Shown piece after piece: positions 27,955 through 36,502 of a stretch of 64,000 nt of DNA. The DNA comes from Candidatus Sulfotelmatobacter sp. (lineage in GTDB: Bacteria > Acidobacteriota > Terriglobia > Terriglobales > Acidobacteriaceae): positions 12,863-76,862 of the forward strand of contig DATGHF010000007.1 of NCBI GenBank assembly GCA_035308125.1, read 5' to 3'. Positions within the stretch are counted from its first letter, which is position 1. Each line of letters begins with the position of its first letter. The notes under the pieces are model-generated. The model was not told where the DNA came from. It ran no database searches and worked only from the letters and a program-made list of their open reading frames with translations. The position numbers and the translations under genes are program-made.

Positions 27955-29124
27955 TCACTTGCTCTCCGCTACTGACGGGCCCGGAGTCCCGAAGTCGCGG
28001 CGATTGTTCGCCGCGGTACGCGCTGCGCGGACGGCCGGTTGCGCGGCCACAGCTGCGCCGTAGCGCTCCAGCAATACCGGCGCCATGGCGTTCTCTGCTT
28101 CTTTCACGAAGATCATGCGATCTTCCGAAGCCATATCGATGCGCACGAAGTCGCCCAGCTTCACCTGCCCGGTCGCCACCAGATTGGCCAGCGGAAACAC
28201 CAGGTTCCGTTCAATGGCGCGCTTCAAATGGCGCGCTCCGTACCGCGGATCGGTGCCTTCCTTCAGCAGATACTCCTTCACTTTCGTGGTGCAGTTGAAC
28301 ACAAACTGGTTCGCGCCCGCGGCCATCAGAACGCGCTGCTGCACCATGCCCAGTTCGATGTCCAGAATCTGCGAAAGATGTTCGTCGCGCAAAGTCTTGA
28401 ACACCACCGTCTTGTCGATGCGGTTCATGAACTCCGGCGTGAACTTGCGCCGCGCCGCTTCCACCGCGGTGCGCTGAATCTTGTCGTCAAACGATTCGTC
28501 CACTTCGACAACTTTGGGCGCAAACCCGAAGCCGCCGTCCACCAGGTTGGTCATCTCTCCCGCGCCCAGGTTCGAGGTGAGGATGATGATGCACTGCGAC
28601 AAATCCACGCGCCGGTTATCGCCCAGCGTCAGCGTGGCCTTGTCCAGAATTCCCAGCAGCAGTTGCCACAAGGAGTCGCTGGCCTTTTCGATTTCGTCAA
28701 ACAGCAGGATCGAAAGCTTGAGTTTCTCCGTAAACCATTGATTCAACGCTTCTTGGGTCAGCAGCGGATGCGTCTCCCGATGTCCCAGATATCCCGGAGG
28801 CGAGCCAATCAGCTTGGCAATCTCGTGCGAGTGCTGGAACTCGGCGCAATCGATCTTGATGCAGGCCCGCGCGTCGCCGAACAGCGCCTCCGCCATGGCC
28901 TCGACCACCCGGGTCTTGCCCGATCCCGTGGGGCCCAGGAACAGCAGGTTGCCCACCGGACGTCCCGGCGCATTCAAACCCGCCAGGAACATCTGGTAGA
29001 TCTGGACGACTTTCTCGACCGCCTGGTCTTGGCCGACAATCCGGCGGCGTAGAGCAGCTTCAAATTCTCCCGCATCGCTGCTGCGGCGGTTCGGATCGAG
29101 CACTGTGGCTAGATTCGTTCTCAT
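27955..29124 (-). CDS. Stand-alone Clp/Hsp100 D2-type AAA+ ATPase (AAA_2 plus ClpB_D2-small-like)
   Basis: IVGQDQAVEKV, Walker A GPTGSGKT, Walker B ILLFDEIEKA, sensor region TSNLGA and FTPEFMNRIDKTVVF. There is no N-domain or D1 module. Confidence 0.85.
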   Translation of the reverse strand: MRTNLATVLDPNRRSSDAGEFEAALRRRIVGQDQAVEKVVQIYQMFLAGLNAPGRPVGNLLFLGPTGSGKTRVVEAMAEALFGDARACIKIDCAEFQHSHEIAKLIGSPPGYLGHRETHPLLTQEALNQWFTEKLKLSILLFDEIEKASDSLWQLLLGILDKATLTLGDNRRVDLSQCIIILTSNLGAGEMTNLVDGGFGFAPKVVEVDESFDDKIQRTAVEAARRKFTPEFMNRIDKTVVFKTLRDEHLSQILDIELGMVQQRVLMAAGANQFVFNCTTKVKEYLLKEGTDPRYGARHLKRAIERNLVFPLANLVATGQVKLGDFVRIDMASEDRMIFVKEAENAMAPVLLERYGAAVAAQPAVRAARTAANNRRDFGTPGPSVAESK

Positions 29125-29793
29125 AGGGTCGTCGCCCGCATCACCGGACGCTGTTCCTTTCAGTAACCTGTCTTCTTACCAGTTCTTTCGGGTCTTTACC
29201 ACGTTTTTCCCGGAGGCTTCGGGCTTTCTTACCGTTTTGGGCCCCCTGGAACCGGTTTACAAGAACTTGGAGAAACTCTCCCCTTGCGCCGCCCCACTTA
29301 CCTCTCACGGCGCGCCTGGGTGACTGGGAATAAGCAAGCGGTTCGCCACCTGAGAATGGGAATCGAGCTAACCCGGAACTCCTGTGTCTGTCTGGACTTA
29401 GCGGCTCTTCCTGGGGGTTGCCCGCACCCTCGGTTAGAACCGCACCGGGCAGAAGAGCAAACCTTTGCAGCATCAAGGAAGAACATGTAACGGAACTGAA
29501 CGACCTATCTGGAACCTGCCACTCATGTGGCGACGGCCGCCTCGGCCGTCCGGCCAAAGCGAAGCGAAGCGGAACCTCCACAGCCGCCCGCAGCATCATC
29601 TAACGGATGATCGGACCGAAAGTCCCGATCGGCGGCCGCGATCAGACTTCCTTGGTGAACCTTCGTGCCCTTCGTGGTCAAACAGTTTTGACCCGTTTCG
29701 GGAAGGGCCGCGACCCATAAGAAGTCAATCGTGGTTGTCCAGCCGTAACTAGCAGGTGCCCTAAGGCCAAGCTAGTATCGCTCTCGGGTATCA

Positions 29794-31623
29794 TTGCGGG
29801 GAGGGACCTTGGGCCGCTCATCTGTTCTAACTGTCACTGCAGTATCCTGTCTTCTTTTCGGCGCAGCCGTCTGGCGGCTGAGTCCGCACGCTTCTTCCGC
29901 TTTCGCAGCCCAGGCTCAAACCCAGCCGCAAACGGCGAAGCCTGCCGTCGCCACTTCGGCGGCCGACGCGCAGCTTCGCCCCGTAAGTGCGAGCATCCCC
30001 ACATCCGCCGCGACCATCAAGCCCGCCAGCATTCCCGCGCTGCAGCTCACCGCAACGCCCGGCACTGAAATCTATACCGCGAAGCGTGGAGAAGCCATCC
30101 CGACCGTCGCCCACCGTTATCTGGGCCGCACGTCTTACTTAACGTCGTCCGAGCTCGCCCAAGCCATCCGCGCCGCGAATCATAAATCCGACGCCAGCAA
30201 CATTCTCAAGGCCAACGAACAAGTCATCATCCCGGGAATCCTCGCCGCGCCCATCGTCGAGAAGACCATCCCCGTCCCCAAAGATTTTGAAGTCCGCGCC
30301 ATCTACCTCACCGGTGTGATGGCGGCCAGCGATCATGGACTCCGCATCATCCGCCACTGGCGCGAAGTGGGCGGCAATGCCGTGGTCTTCGACATCAAAG
30401 ATTCCGACGGCAGCGTCAACATTCCCTTCGAGCACCCGCTGCTCGGCGAGCACAAAATTTATATTCACGACGTGCCGAAGTTCGTCCGCTTCCTGCATTC
30501 GCAGAACATGCACGCCATCGCCCGCATCGCCATCTTCCGCGACGAGCGCATGGTAGTCGAGCATCCCGACCTCGCCGTGCACTCCCGCAAAACCGGACAG
30601 CCCTGGCGCGAAAACGGCAAGCTGGTCTGGACCGATCCCTCGAACCCCAAGGTGCAGGACTATAACATCGCCCTGGCCAAACACGTAGCCCAGCTCGGTG
30701 CCGACGAAATCCAGTTCGACTACGTCCGATTCCCCGCCGAAGGCGACCAAAAAGACGCCGCCTTCGCCTTCCAGAAAGATCAGCAAAAAGATCAGCAGAA
30801 AGATCAGCAAAAAGACCAAGCGGCAGACAATCAACCCGAGACCAGTTCCTCGGCGAAAACGGAAACGCCGGAACCGCAGAACTCCAGTCCCGTAGGGACG
30901 GCAGATAATAGCCCGGGGCGTAAGCCCCGGGTAGACGGAAAAAAAGGGAACCAGTCCCGTAGGGACGGCACGAGCACCGCCGGCAAGCAAGTCCCCCCGC
31001 GCGGCCCCCAACGCACCGACGTAATCGCCGCCTTCCTGAAGAAGGCCTACACCGAACTCCACCCCACAGGCGTGCTCCTGAGCCTCGACGTTTTCGGCGT
31101 CATGGCCTGGCAGCGCCAGGTCGACCTCTCGCACACCGGACAAGACATCGTCGGCATGGCCAAATATTGCGACGTGCTCAGCCCCATGATCTACCCCAGC
31201 CACTTCTTCGGCATGGACAACATCCCCCACCCCGGCGACGAGCCCGCCCACTTCATTGGCGAATCCATGCAACGCTTCGAACTCATCACCCATCCCAACG
31301 GAGACCTCTCCAGCGGCGTGGTCATCCGCCCCTGGCTGCAAGCCTTCCGCTGGCGCACCAAGACCTATTCGCCGGAATACATCAAAATCCAAGTGGCCAC
31401 GGCGAAAGCCAAAGGCGGCATCGGATTCTTGTTCTGGAACGCCGCCAACGACTACAGCAAGCCCTACACCGCCATGCCCGAAATGCGCGCGGAAAATTTC
31501 AAGGCGAGTCCGAATGCGGCCGCTCCGAATGCAAAAGACGGCTCCAAAGACAATCCAAAATTCTTCCGCGGCGACGAACTCCCGGGCGTGACCATGAAAG
31601 CCAGCTTGACACCGGCGAACTAG
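29794..31623 (+). CDS. Putative glycoside hydrolase (DUF4015-type TIM barrel) with a LysM-like N-terminal region and a low-complexity insert
   Basis: IYLTGVMA...NAVVFDIKDSDG...IARIAIFRD...GADEIQFDYVRFP...SPMIYPSHF. The TTG at 29794 or the in-frame TTG at 29809 (after GGGAGGG) is the start. Confidence 0.75.
   Translation: MRGGTLGRSSVLTVTAVSCLLFGAAVWRLSPHASSAFAAQAQTQPQTAKPAVATSAADAQLRPVSASIPTSAATIKPASIPALQLTATPGTEIYTAKRGEAIPTVAHRYLGRTSYLTSSELAQAIRAANHKSDASNILKANEQVIIPGILAAPIVEKTIPVPKDFEVRAIYLTGVMAASDHGLRIIRHWREVGGNAVVFDIKDSDGSVNIPFEHPLLGEHKIYIHDVPKFVRFLHSQNMHAIARIAIFRDERMVVEHPDLAVHSRKTGQPWRENGKLVWTDPSNPKVQDYNIALAKHVAQLGADEIQFDYVRFPAEGDQKDAAFAFQKDQQKDQQKDQQKDQAADNQPETSSSAKTETPEPQNSSPVGTADNSPGRKPRVDGKKGNQSRRDGTSTAGKQVPPRGPQRTDVIAAFLKKAYTELHPTGVLLSLDVFGVMAWQRQVDLSHTGQDIVGMAKYCDVLSPMIYPSHFFGMDNIPHPGDEPAHFIGESMQRFELITHPNGDLSSGVVIRPWLQAFRWRTKTYSPEYIKIQVATAKAKGGIGFLFWNAANDYSKPYTAMPEMRAENFKASPNAAAPNAKDGSKDNPKFFRGDELPGVTMKASLTPAN
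30772..30816 (+). repeat. In-CDS tandem repeat encoding QKD(QQKD)3
   Basis: CAGAAAGAT followed by three 12-nt units (CAGCAAAAAGAT, CAGCAGAAAGAT, CAGCAAAAAGAC), read directly. Confidence 0.85.
30886..30968 (+). repeat. REP-like three-hairpin element lying in frame inside the hydrolase CDS
   Basis: AGTCCCGTAGGGACGG (30886-30901), GCCCGGGGCGTAAGCCCCGGG (30911-30931) and AGTCCCGTAGGGACGG (30953-30968). The same architecture occurs in the intergenic copy at 8011-8069. Confidence 0.75.
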
Positions 31624-31672
31624 TTCTCAAGTTCTCAGTTCTCAGTTCTCAGTTCTCGGTTCTCAGTTCCCA
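31623..31672. repeat. Heptamer microsatellite (GTTCTCA)x7, slightly degenerate
   Basis: Read directly. It starts on the last base of the hydrolase stop codon. Confidence 0.9.
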
Positions 31673-31696
31673 GTCAACCCGTCACCACAGCCAATG

Positions 31697-31722
31697 TGGG
31701 GACAGCCGCCCTCGGCTGTCCG
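31697..31722 (+). repeat. GGGGACAGCCGCCCTCGGCTGTCC hairpin element
   Basis: Read directly. Third member of the GGGACAGCCG family. Confidence 0.6.
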
Positions 31723-32016
31723 GCGGCCCAGGTGCATCGGGCCGCGGTGCATCAGCCAGAATGACCGCGCTCCTCCGATTCGCATCGCGCACAACGGTTC
31801 AGGTCTCTTCCCTTTTTCGTCTCTGTCAATTCCCACGGAATTGGCGCGTACCTCTTTCTTCGGTTACGAAGTTCTGTTACGAAATCCGAACACGATTCCG
31901 TTCTCGCACTTTTGTGATTGACAACCTCCCAACAAGTTGTCATGATTTGCGACGTTTTACGATGCTGATTGTAAAAGTATTCCCCATCGCGTCGGCCCTA
32001 CTTCTACACGCCCGCA

Positions 32017-32052
32017 CATGCTGCTGGTATTTCCAGGCAGCATGCGTTTTTG
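32017..32052 (+). promoter_or_regulatory. Leader hairpin CATGCTGC-N12-GCAGCATG followed by CGTTTTTG, 30 nt before the cupin lipoprotein start
   Basis: 8-bp perfect stem read directly, with a T-rich run after it. A TTGACA box lies at about 31919. Confidence 0.4.
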
Positions 32053-32080
32053 CCGCGGCGTAACTGAATCGAGGTGCCAC

Positions 32081-32542
32081 ATGTGCAGGGGCCCCTACCT
32101 CCGTATTTTTTGTTTCCTGCTTGTTCTTTGTTCAACTGCATGCACTTCCTGGAACCAGCGCGGGGCCAAAGGGATCGGCCTCCTGCCCAAGGCTGCGGCC
32201 GGTGAACAACACTTCTCAAGCTATCAGCCCAGCAATCCTTATGTGCAGCTCGGCGACGGCATTTACTATCGCAAAAGATATGAGGGAGCAGGACCGGCTG
32301 GCCTGCGCGTCGAAGTACGCGACCTGCTGGTTGGCCCCAGCCAGCACTCCGCCAAGGTGAGCCTGCCCGGTGCGGCCATCTGCGAGATGAACTCGGGCAG
32401 CGGAGTGCTGACCTCGGGAGATCAACCCCAGGAACTGCACCCTGGCGCTACTTTCTCTCTGCCCGAAGGGGCGAGCTTCTCCATCGAAAACAAATCCGAC
32501 ACGCCCATTTCCATACGGGCGTACCTGCTGCGGGCCGAATAG
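32081..32542 (+). CDS. Small lipoprotein with cupin-like C-terminal barrel
   Basis: GAGG SD. MCRGPYLRIFCFLLVLCSTAC lipobox. The C-terminal region GSGVLTSGDQPQELHPGATFSLPEGASFSIEN is cupin-like. Confidence 0.6.
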   Translation: MCRGPYLRIFCFLLVLCSTACTSWNQRGAKGIGLLPKAAAGEQHFSSYQPSNPYVQLGDGIYYRKRYEGAGPAGLRVEVRDLLVGPSQHSAKVSLPGAAICEMNSGSGVLTSGDQPQELHPGATFSLPEGASFSIENKSDTPISIRAYLLRAE

Positions 32543-32577
32543 AAGTGAAGACCAGCTTGTCACGGAGGACAGTCATT

Positions 32578-34170
32578 ATGTTTCCCACCTCTTCCTCTCA
32601 CAATGCTCGCCTGATCCTTGGGCTCGCAGGCACCCTGCTGCTGTGCGGCTGTTCGGCGGATTGGCCCGCCTTTCGCCACAATCCGCTGCGCACCGGGCAG
32701 CAGCTGAATACCGGTCCGCTCACCGATCCGGCGAAAGTGGCGAAATTAGCCGTGGGCTGGACGTTCCCCACAGGAGTCACGCTGACCCCGGCGGCGGGGC
32801 CCTTCCGAGCTTCGCCCGTGGTTTACAAAGGCGTGGTCTTCATCGGAAACTCAAACGGATTCTTCTACGCCATCAACGCCTCGGACGGCAGTCTCAAGTG
32901 GCAATACCCTCCCGTCGGCGGCCAATCCCTCACCTCGACCTTTACTTGCAATCCTTCGAGCGAGGGCATTGCCTCCAGCGCGGCCATCGCTGACGTCGGA
33001 AGCCACACCGTCGTGATTTTCGGCGCGCCGGACCGTTCGATCGGCGCCGGCCTGGGCAGTGGCAGATTGTTCGCCCTTGACGTCAGCTCCGGCGCAGAAA
33101 TCTGGAAGTCTCCGGAAATTGCCGTGCTCCTGAGCGACGGCGTCACTCACCAGCAAATCGGATACTCCTCACCGCTGGTCTTCAACGATCACGTTTACAT
33201 CGGCATCGGCGATCATTGTGACGATCCCATCCAGCAAGGCAAAGTGGTTGCCGTCCACCTGAGCGACGGTACCATCGATGCCGGCTTCAGCTTCACCAGC
33301 ACCGGCCCTCCGCGCGGCGGAGGCGTCTGGGGTTCGGTCGCGGGCTGGCTGGACGCGGTCTACACCACCACCGGCAACTCCAATATCGGCGCTCCTGAAC
33401 CGGTTCCCGATCATGCGCTCAGCATGTTGCGGCTCGATTCCAATACCGGCAACATTATTTGGAGCTGGAAGCCCGTTCCCTACGACATGGATAACGATCC
33501 GGATTGGAGCACCACCCCGAGCGTTGTCCTGGCAAGTTGCGGCACTCTGGTCGCGTCCACTCCCAAGGACGGTTGGACCTGGGCCCTCAATGCCGGTACC
33601 GCCACTCCCGGCCCGGCCAGTGTGCAATGGGCGTTCCCGCCCGGCCCCTGGACCACGGCCGGGTTCAACACCCTAGACGGCACTTTTCACGGTGACACGC
33701 GCTACCTTCGGCCGGGCGCCGTGTGGGATGACGTCTACATCACTCAGACCGGAGGATACCCCGTCATCAGCGATGTCTCCGAAGGGTTTCATCACCTTTA
33801 TGCGCTCAATTCCTGCGCCTCTGATGCAGACCGTGTCCGCTGGATCGAAGATGTTCCCAGCGCTTCTGGTTCTGAATACGATTTGGGCCCGCCCACGGTC
33901 ACTCACGGAATCATTTTCGTCGGCACCGACGGCGGACACCTGGTCGCCCTCGCCGATCCCAGCATCTATCCCGCCGCCGGATGGCGCTGCAACAATCCGA
34001 CCGTCACCAACGCAGCCTGCGTAGCCAGCGGATTCTCTCTGGTTCCTGAGCCCGCTGTAATCGCCAATGTCGATCTCGGCGCCGGATCCATTACCACCGA
34101 ACCCGCCATTGTGGGAGATCCAGTCTATGTTTCCACCGAAGGCGGCAAAGTCTTTATGCTCAAACCTTAA
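32578..34170 (+). CDS. PQQ-like (BamB-type) beta-propeller repeat lipoprotein
   Basis: GGAGG SD. LLLCGC lipobox. It has repeated motifs such as ASPVVYKGVVFIGNSNGFFYAINASDGSLKWQY, typical of PQQ-like propeller blades. Confidence 0.8.
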   Translation: MFPTSSSHNARLILGLAGTLLLCGCSADWPAFRHNPLRTGQQLNTGPLTDPAKVAKLAVGWTFPTGVTLTPAAGPFRASPVVYKGVVFIGNSNGFFYAINASDGSLKWQYPPVGGQSLTSTFTCNPSSEGIASSAAIADVGSHTVVIFGAPDRSIGAGLGSGRLFALDVSSGAEIWKSPEIAVLLSDGVTHQQIGYSSPLVFNDHVYIGIGDHCDDPIQQGKVVAVHLSDGTIDAGFSFTSTGPPRGGGVWGSVAGWLDAVYTTTGNSNIGAPEPVPDHALSMLRLDSNTGNIIWSWKPVPYDMDNDPDWSTTPSVVLASCGTLVASTPKDGWTWALNAGTATPGPASVQWAFPPGPWTTAGFNTLDGTFHGDTRYLRPGAVWDDVYITQTGGYPVISDVSEGFHHLYALNSCASDADRVRWIEDVPSASGSEYDLGPPTVTHGIIFVGTDGGHLVALADPSIYPAAGWRCNNPTVTNAACVASGFSLVPEPAVIANVDLGAGSITTEPAIVGDPVYVSTEGGKVFMLKP

Positions 34171-34257
34171 CGATTGCTGGAGAGTGATCGATAGGGAGTG
34201 AACGAATATCTGTCAGTCACAATCTGTCAACCGTGATCCGACAACTCGGAGCGTCTT

Positions 34258-34686
34258 ATGAATCCCAGATTTATGCCAAAGCCCGCTCTCCTGGCAACCG
34301 CGGTTCTGCTCGCAGTCTCATCCTGTGCCCAGGTGGCTGCCCAGACTCCGCCCGACTCCAAGCCCACCGCCGAGAACGCGAATGCCTTCGCCAAGACCGA
34401 TCGCTTCGCGGGCAAGGCGCTTCTCAAGTCGAAGAACGGACGCCCGCAAGAAGTTTCGGCTGTGGTTCAAAACTGGGCCCTGCATGGACGGATCAAGGTC
34501 GAGAAGTTTCCGGAACACAATTTTCTGGTCGTCTACCTGCACTCCGGAAAAGTGACCGCCACCATCGACGGCAAACCCGAGCCCCACAAAGGCGGCGACT
34601 TCTGGACCGTCCCCGCCGGCGCCACCATGTCCCTTCAAGTCACCAGCGAGTCGGCCCTGCTGCAAACCCTGGCCCTGAAAAAATAA
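34258..34686 (+). CDS. Small secreted cupin-like protein, paralogous in pattern to 32081..32542
   Basis: Has a signal peptide. The segment HSGKVTATIDGKPEPHKGGDFWTVPAGATMSLQV parallels the first cupin-like protein. Confidence 0.6.
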   Translation: MNPRFMPKPALLATAVLLAVSSCAQVAAQTPPDSKPTAENANAFAKTDRFAGKALLKSKNGRPQEVSAVVQNWALHGRIKVEKFPEHNFLVVYLHSGKVTATIDGKPEPHKGGDFWTVPAGATMSLQVTSESALLQTLALKK

Positions 34687-34878
34687 TCCACGCGGAAGCA
34701 GCCACCACCACCGTCACCAAAAACGCGTTGTCATCCTGAAGCGCGCGCTCTTTGCCCGCTGAAAGCCTGCCCTGAGCGAAGTCGAAGGGGACCTGAGCGA
34801 GCCGCGCGAAGCGTCGCGCACTTTGCGACGCAATAATTCGCGCGTTCGGCTCGCATCCGCATCGCTCTTTGCCGGGGT

Positions 34879-34941
34879 CCACCCCCACCCCACCCCCGTG
34901 CCCCCGCCCGCCCCACAAAAGCCCCTTGCCACCCCTCCCCC
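34879..34941 (-). other. G-quadruplex-prone tract (nine runs of 3-5 G on the minus strand)
   Basis: C-runs counted directly on the plus strand: C5, C4, C5, C5, C3, C4, C4, C4, C5 within 63 nt. Confidence 0.7.
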
Positions 34942-35116
34942 ACAGGTGTAAAAAAGGACCCACTGCGAGGGGGTCGCGGCCACACCAGGCCTCGGCCCTT
35001 TTTTTGTTTGGCTTCATGGGTCAGCTGAAATAGGAGAGCTGACTCACCTAGGCTGTCACCTTTTCCGTCGCATCCGTCTCTGCGATAATCGCCGACAGTT
35101 AAAGAGGAAACTGAAG

Positions 35117-36502
35117 ATGGCACGAACGCATGGTGATGCTAACGGCTCATTCCAGAGGATTTCAGTTATCGTTCCCAAGAATCCCTTTATCAAGGCGGAG
35201 TTGCAGAGCGTCCGTCTCTGTCTGGCCGCGCTCGACGTCGCCCAGTTGATGGAGTGGTGGCCGGGGAAGCCACACTCACCACACAGGAACCCCAATAAGG
35301 TTCGAACCATCCAGAGGTCACTCGATTGGAAGCGCGTAGCCCAAATCGCAGCGTACCTGCTCCAGCGCGAGGTCACGGACGCGCCGGAAAAACTCGCGCA
35401 ATATTTCGAGGCTTTCTACGGAACCGAGGCGGGCGAGCCTGGAAGGGAGTGGCCACCGAAACTGCCAAACGTCGCGAAATTCCAGAGGAGTGGCTATCCG
35501 ACCTTCTCCAATGTATTACTGCATGTGAACGGAGCAAAGCTAGATGAACAATCCAGAGAAGAAGGTGTCGGAACTCTTGAATTCGACGAGGACAGCGCCC
35601 AACTCAACTTCTCGGTGATTGACGGTCAACACCGCGTCAACGGGGCTTACTTCGCAGTATGTCTCCTTCGTGAATCCGACCCCCAAGCAAAATGGGAGAT
35701 TCCCGCGGAGATCTTCATGGATCTGGACGAAGCGGGCGCACCTCCGCGACGACAGGCTCAAATCTTCATAGACGTCAATTTCTATCAGAAGAAGGTGGAC
35801 CGTTCCCTTGTAGCCGATCTCTTCCCGACGGCGCGAGGCGCACGCGAGCCACTAGACAATAAGGAACGCGCACAGGATCTCGGGCGCAAGCTCATGCTGG
35901 AGACTGGGCCTCTAGTGGGCATGGTGCAAATCCCAGGAATCAGGTTCGGTGTGAAGGATGTGGTTACCCTCTCGACGCTGAATTCAGCTATAGAGGATGT
36001 TATAAGCGATCTTCGCTCCGCTGGGCTCCAGAGTCTTGAGGCACAGGCTGAGTTCATCGCCCAATGCCTTGATGCGTGGCTCGATGCCACCGGAAGAAAA
36101 GAAGACGTGTCCGAATCCGACACCCTCGACGGCGAGAACGTTGCCTATCAGGGTCGCGCGATAGTGTCGTTTCTGACCCTAGTGCCCGCCTGCATTCTTG
36201 AGCTTAAACGGGGGAAGCTATCACTTGTCTCCGACAGGGCAACAGAGCACCTTACTGATTGGGCCAAGGGAACCATGAAGCGGGCACGCCTGCTAGACCG
36301 GAGCAACCGATTTCTGGCTAAGGGCGAATTCAAGCATAAGGGCTATTTGGGCAGCGGAGGAATAGCGAGATTCCGCGACACGCTTTGGGCCGCAGCAGCA
36401 ACGAGGAGACAACTACCTAGCCGCCTCAAAGCCGAAAGACTCGAGGAACTCGCCGCACAGAGCCGAGCTAAGGTCAGGTCGGAGCTAGCGGCGATTGTAT
36501 GA
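35117..36502 (+). CDS. DGQHR-domain protein (DndB-like, ParB/Srx-fold superfamily)
   Basis: GAGGA SD at 35104-35108. The literal motif FSVIDGQHRVNG is present, plus the downstream AQIFIDVNFYQKKV and upstream RTIQRSLDWKRVAQIAAYLL, as in DndB-type proteins. Confidence 0.8.
   Translation: MARTHGDANGSFQRISVIVPKNPFIKAELQSVRLCLAALDVAQLMEWWPGKPHSPHRNPNKVRTIQRSLDWKRVAQIAAYLLQREVTDAPEKLAQYFEAFYGTEAGEPGREWPPKLPNVAKFQRSGYPTFSNVLLHVNGAKLDEQSREEGVGTLEFDEDSAQLNFSVIDGQHRVNGAYFAVCLLRESDPQAKWEIPAEIFMDLDEAGAPPRRQAQIFIDVNFYQKKVDRSLVADLFPTARGAREPLDNKERAQDLGRKLMLETGPLVGMVQIPGIRFGVKDVVTLSTLNSAIEDVISDLRSAGLQSLEAQAEFIAQCLDAWLDATGRKEDVSESDTLDGENVAYQGRAIVSFLTLVPACILELKRGKLSLVSDRATEHLTDWAKGTMKRARLLDRSNRFLAKGEFKHKGYLGSGGIARFRDTLWAAAATRRQLPSRLKAERLEELAAQSRAKVRSELAAIV

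Noticed and set aside
29125-29793. Structured RNA gene (RNase P-like ACAG..CCGGGTTA segment on the minus strand) in the long gap upstream of the Clp-like gene
   Set aside because: There is only a loose resemblance to the RNase P 3' region and no GAGGAAAGUCC P4 strand anywhere nearby. I cannot support any ncRNA call without a covariance-model search.
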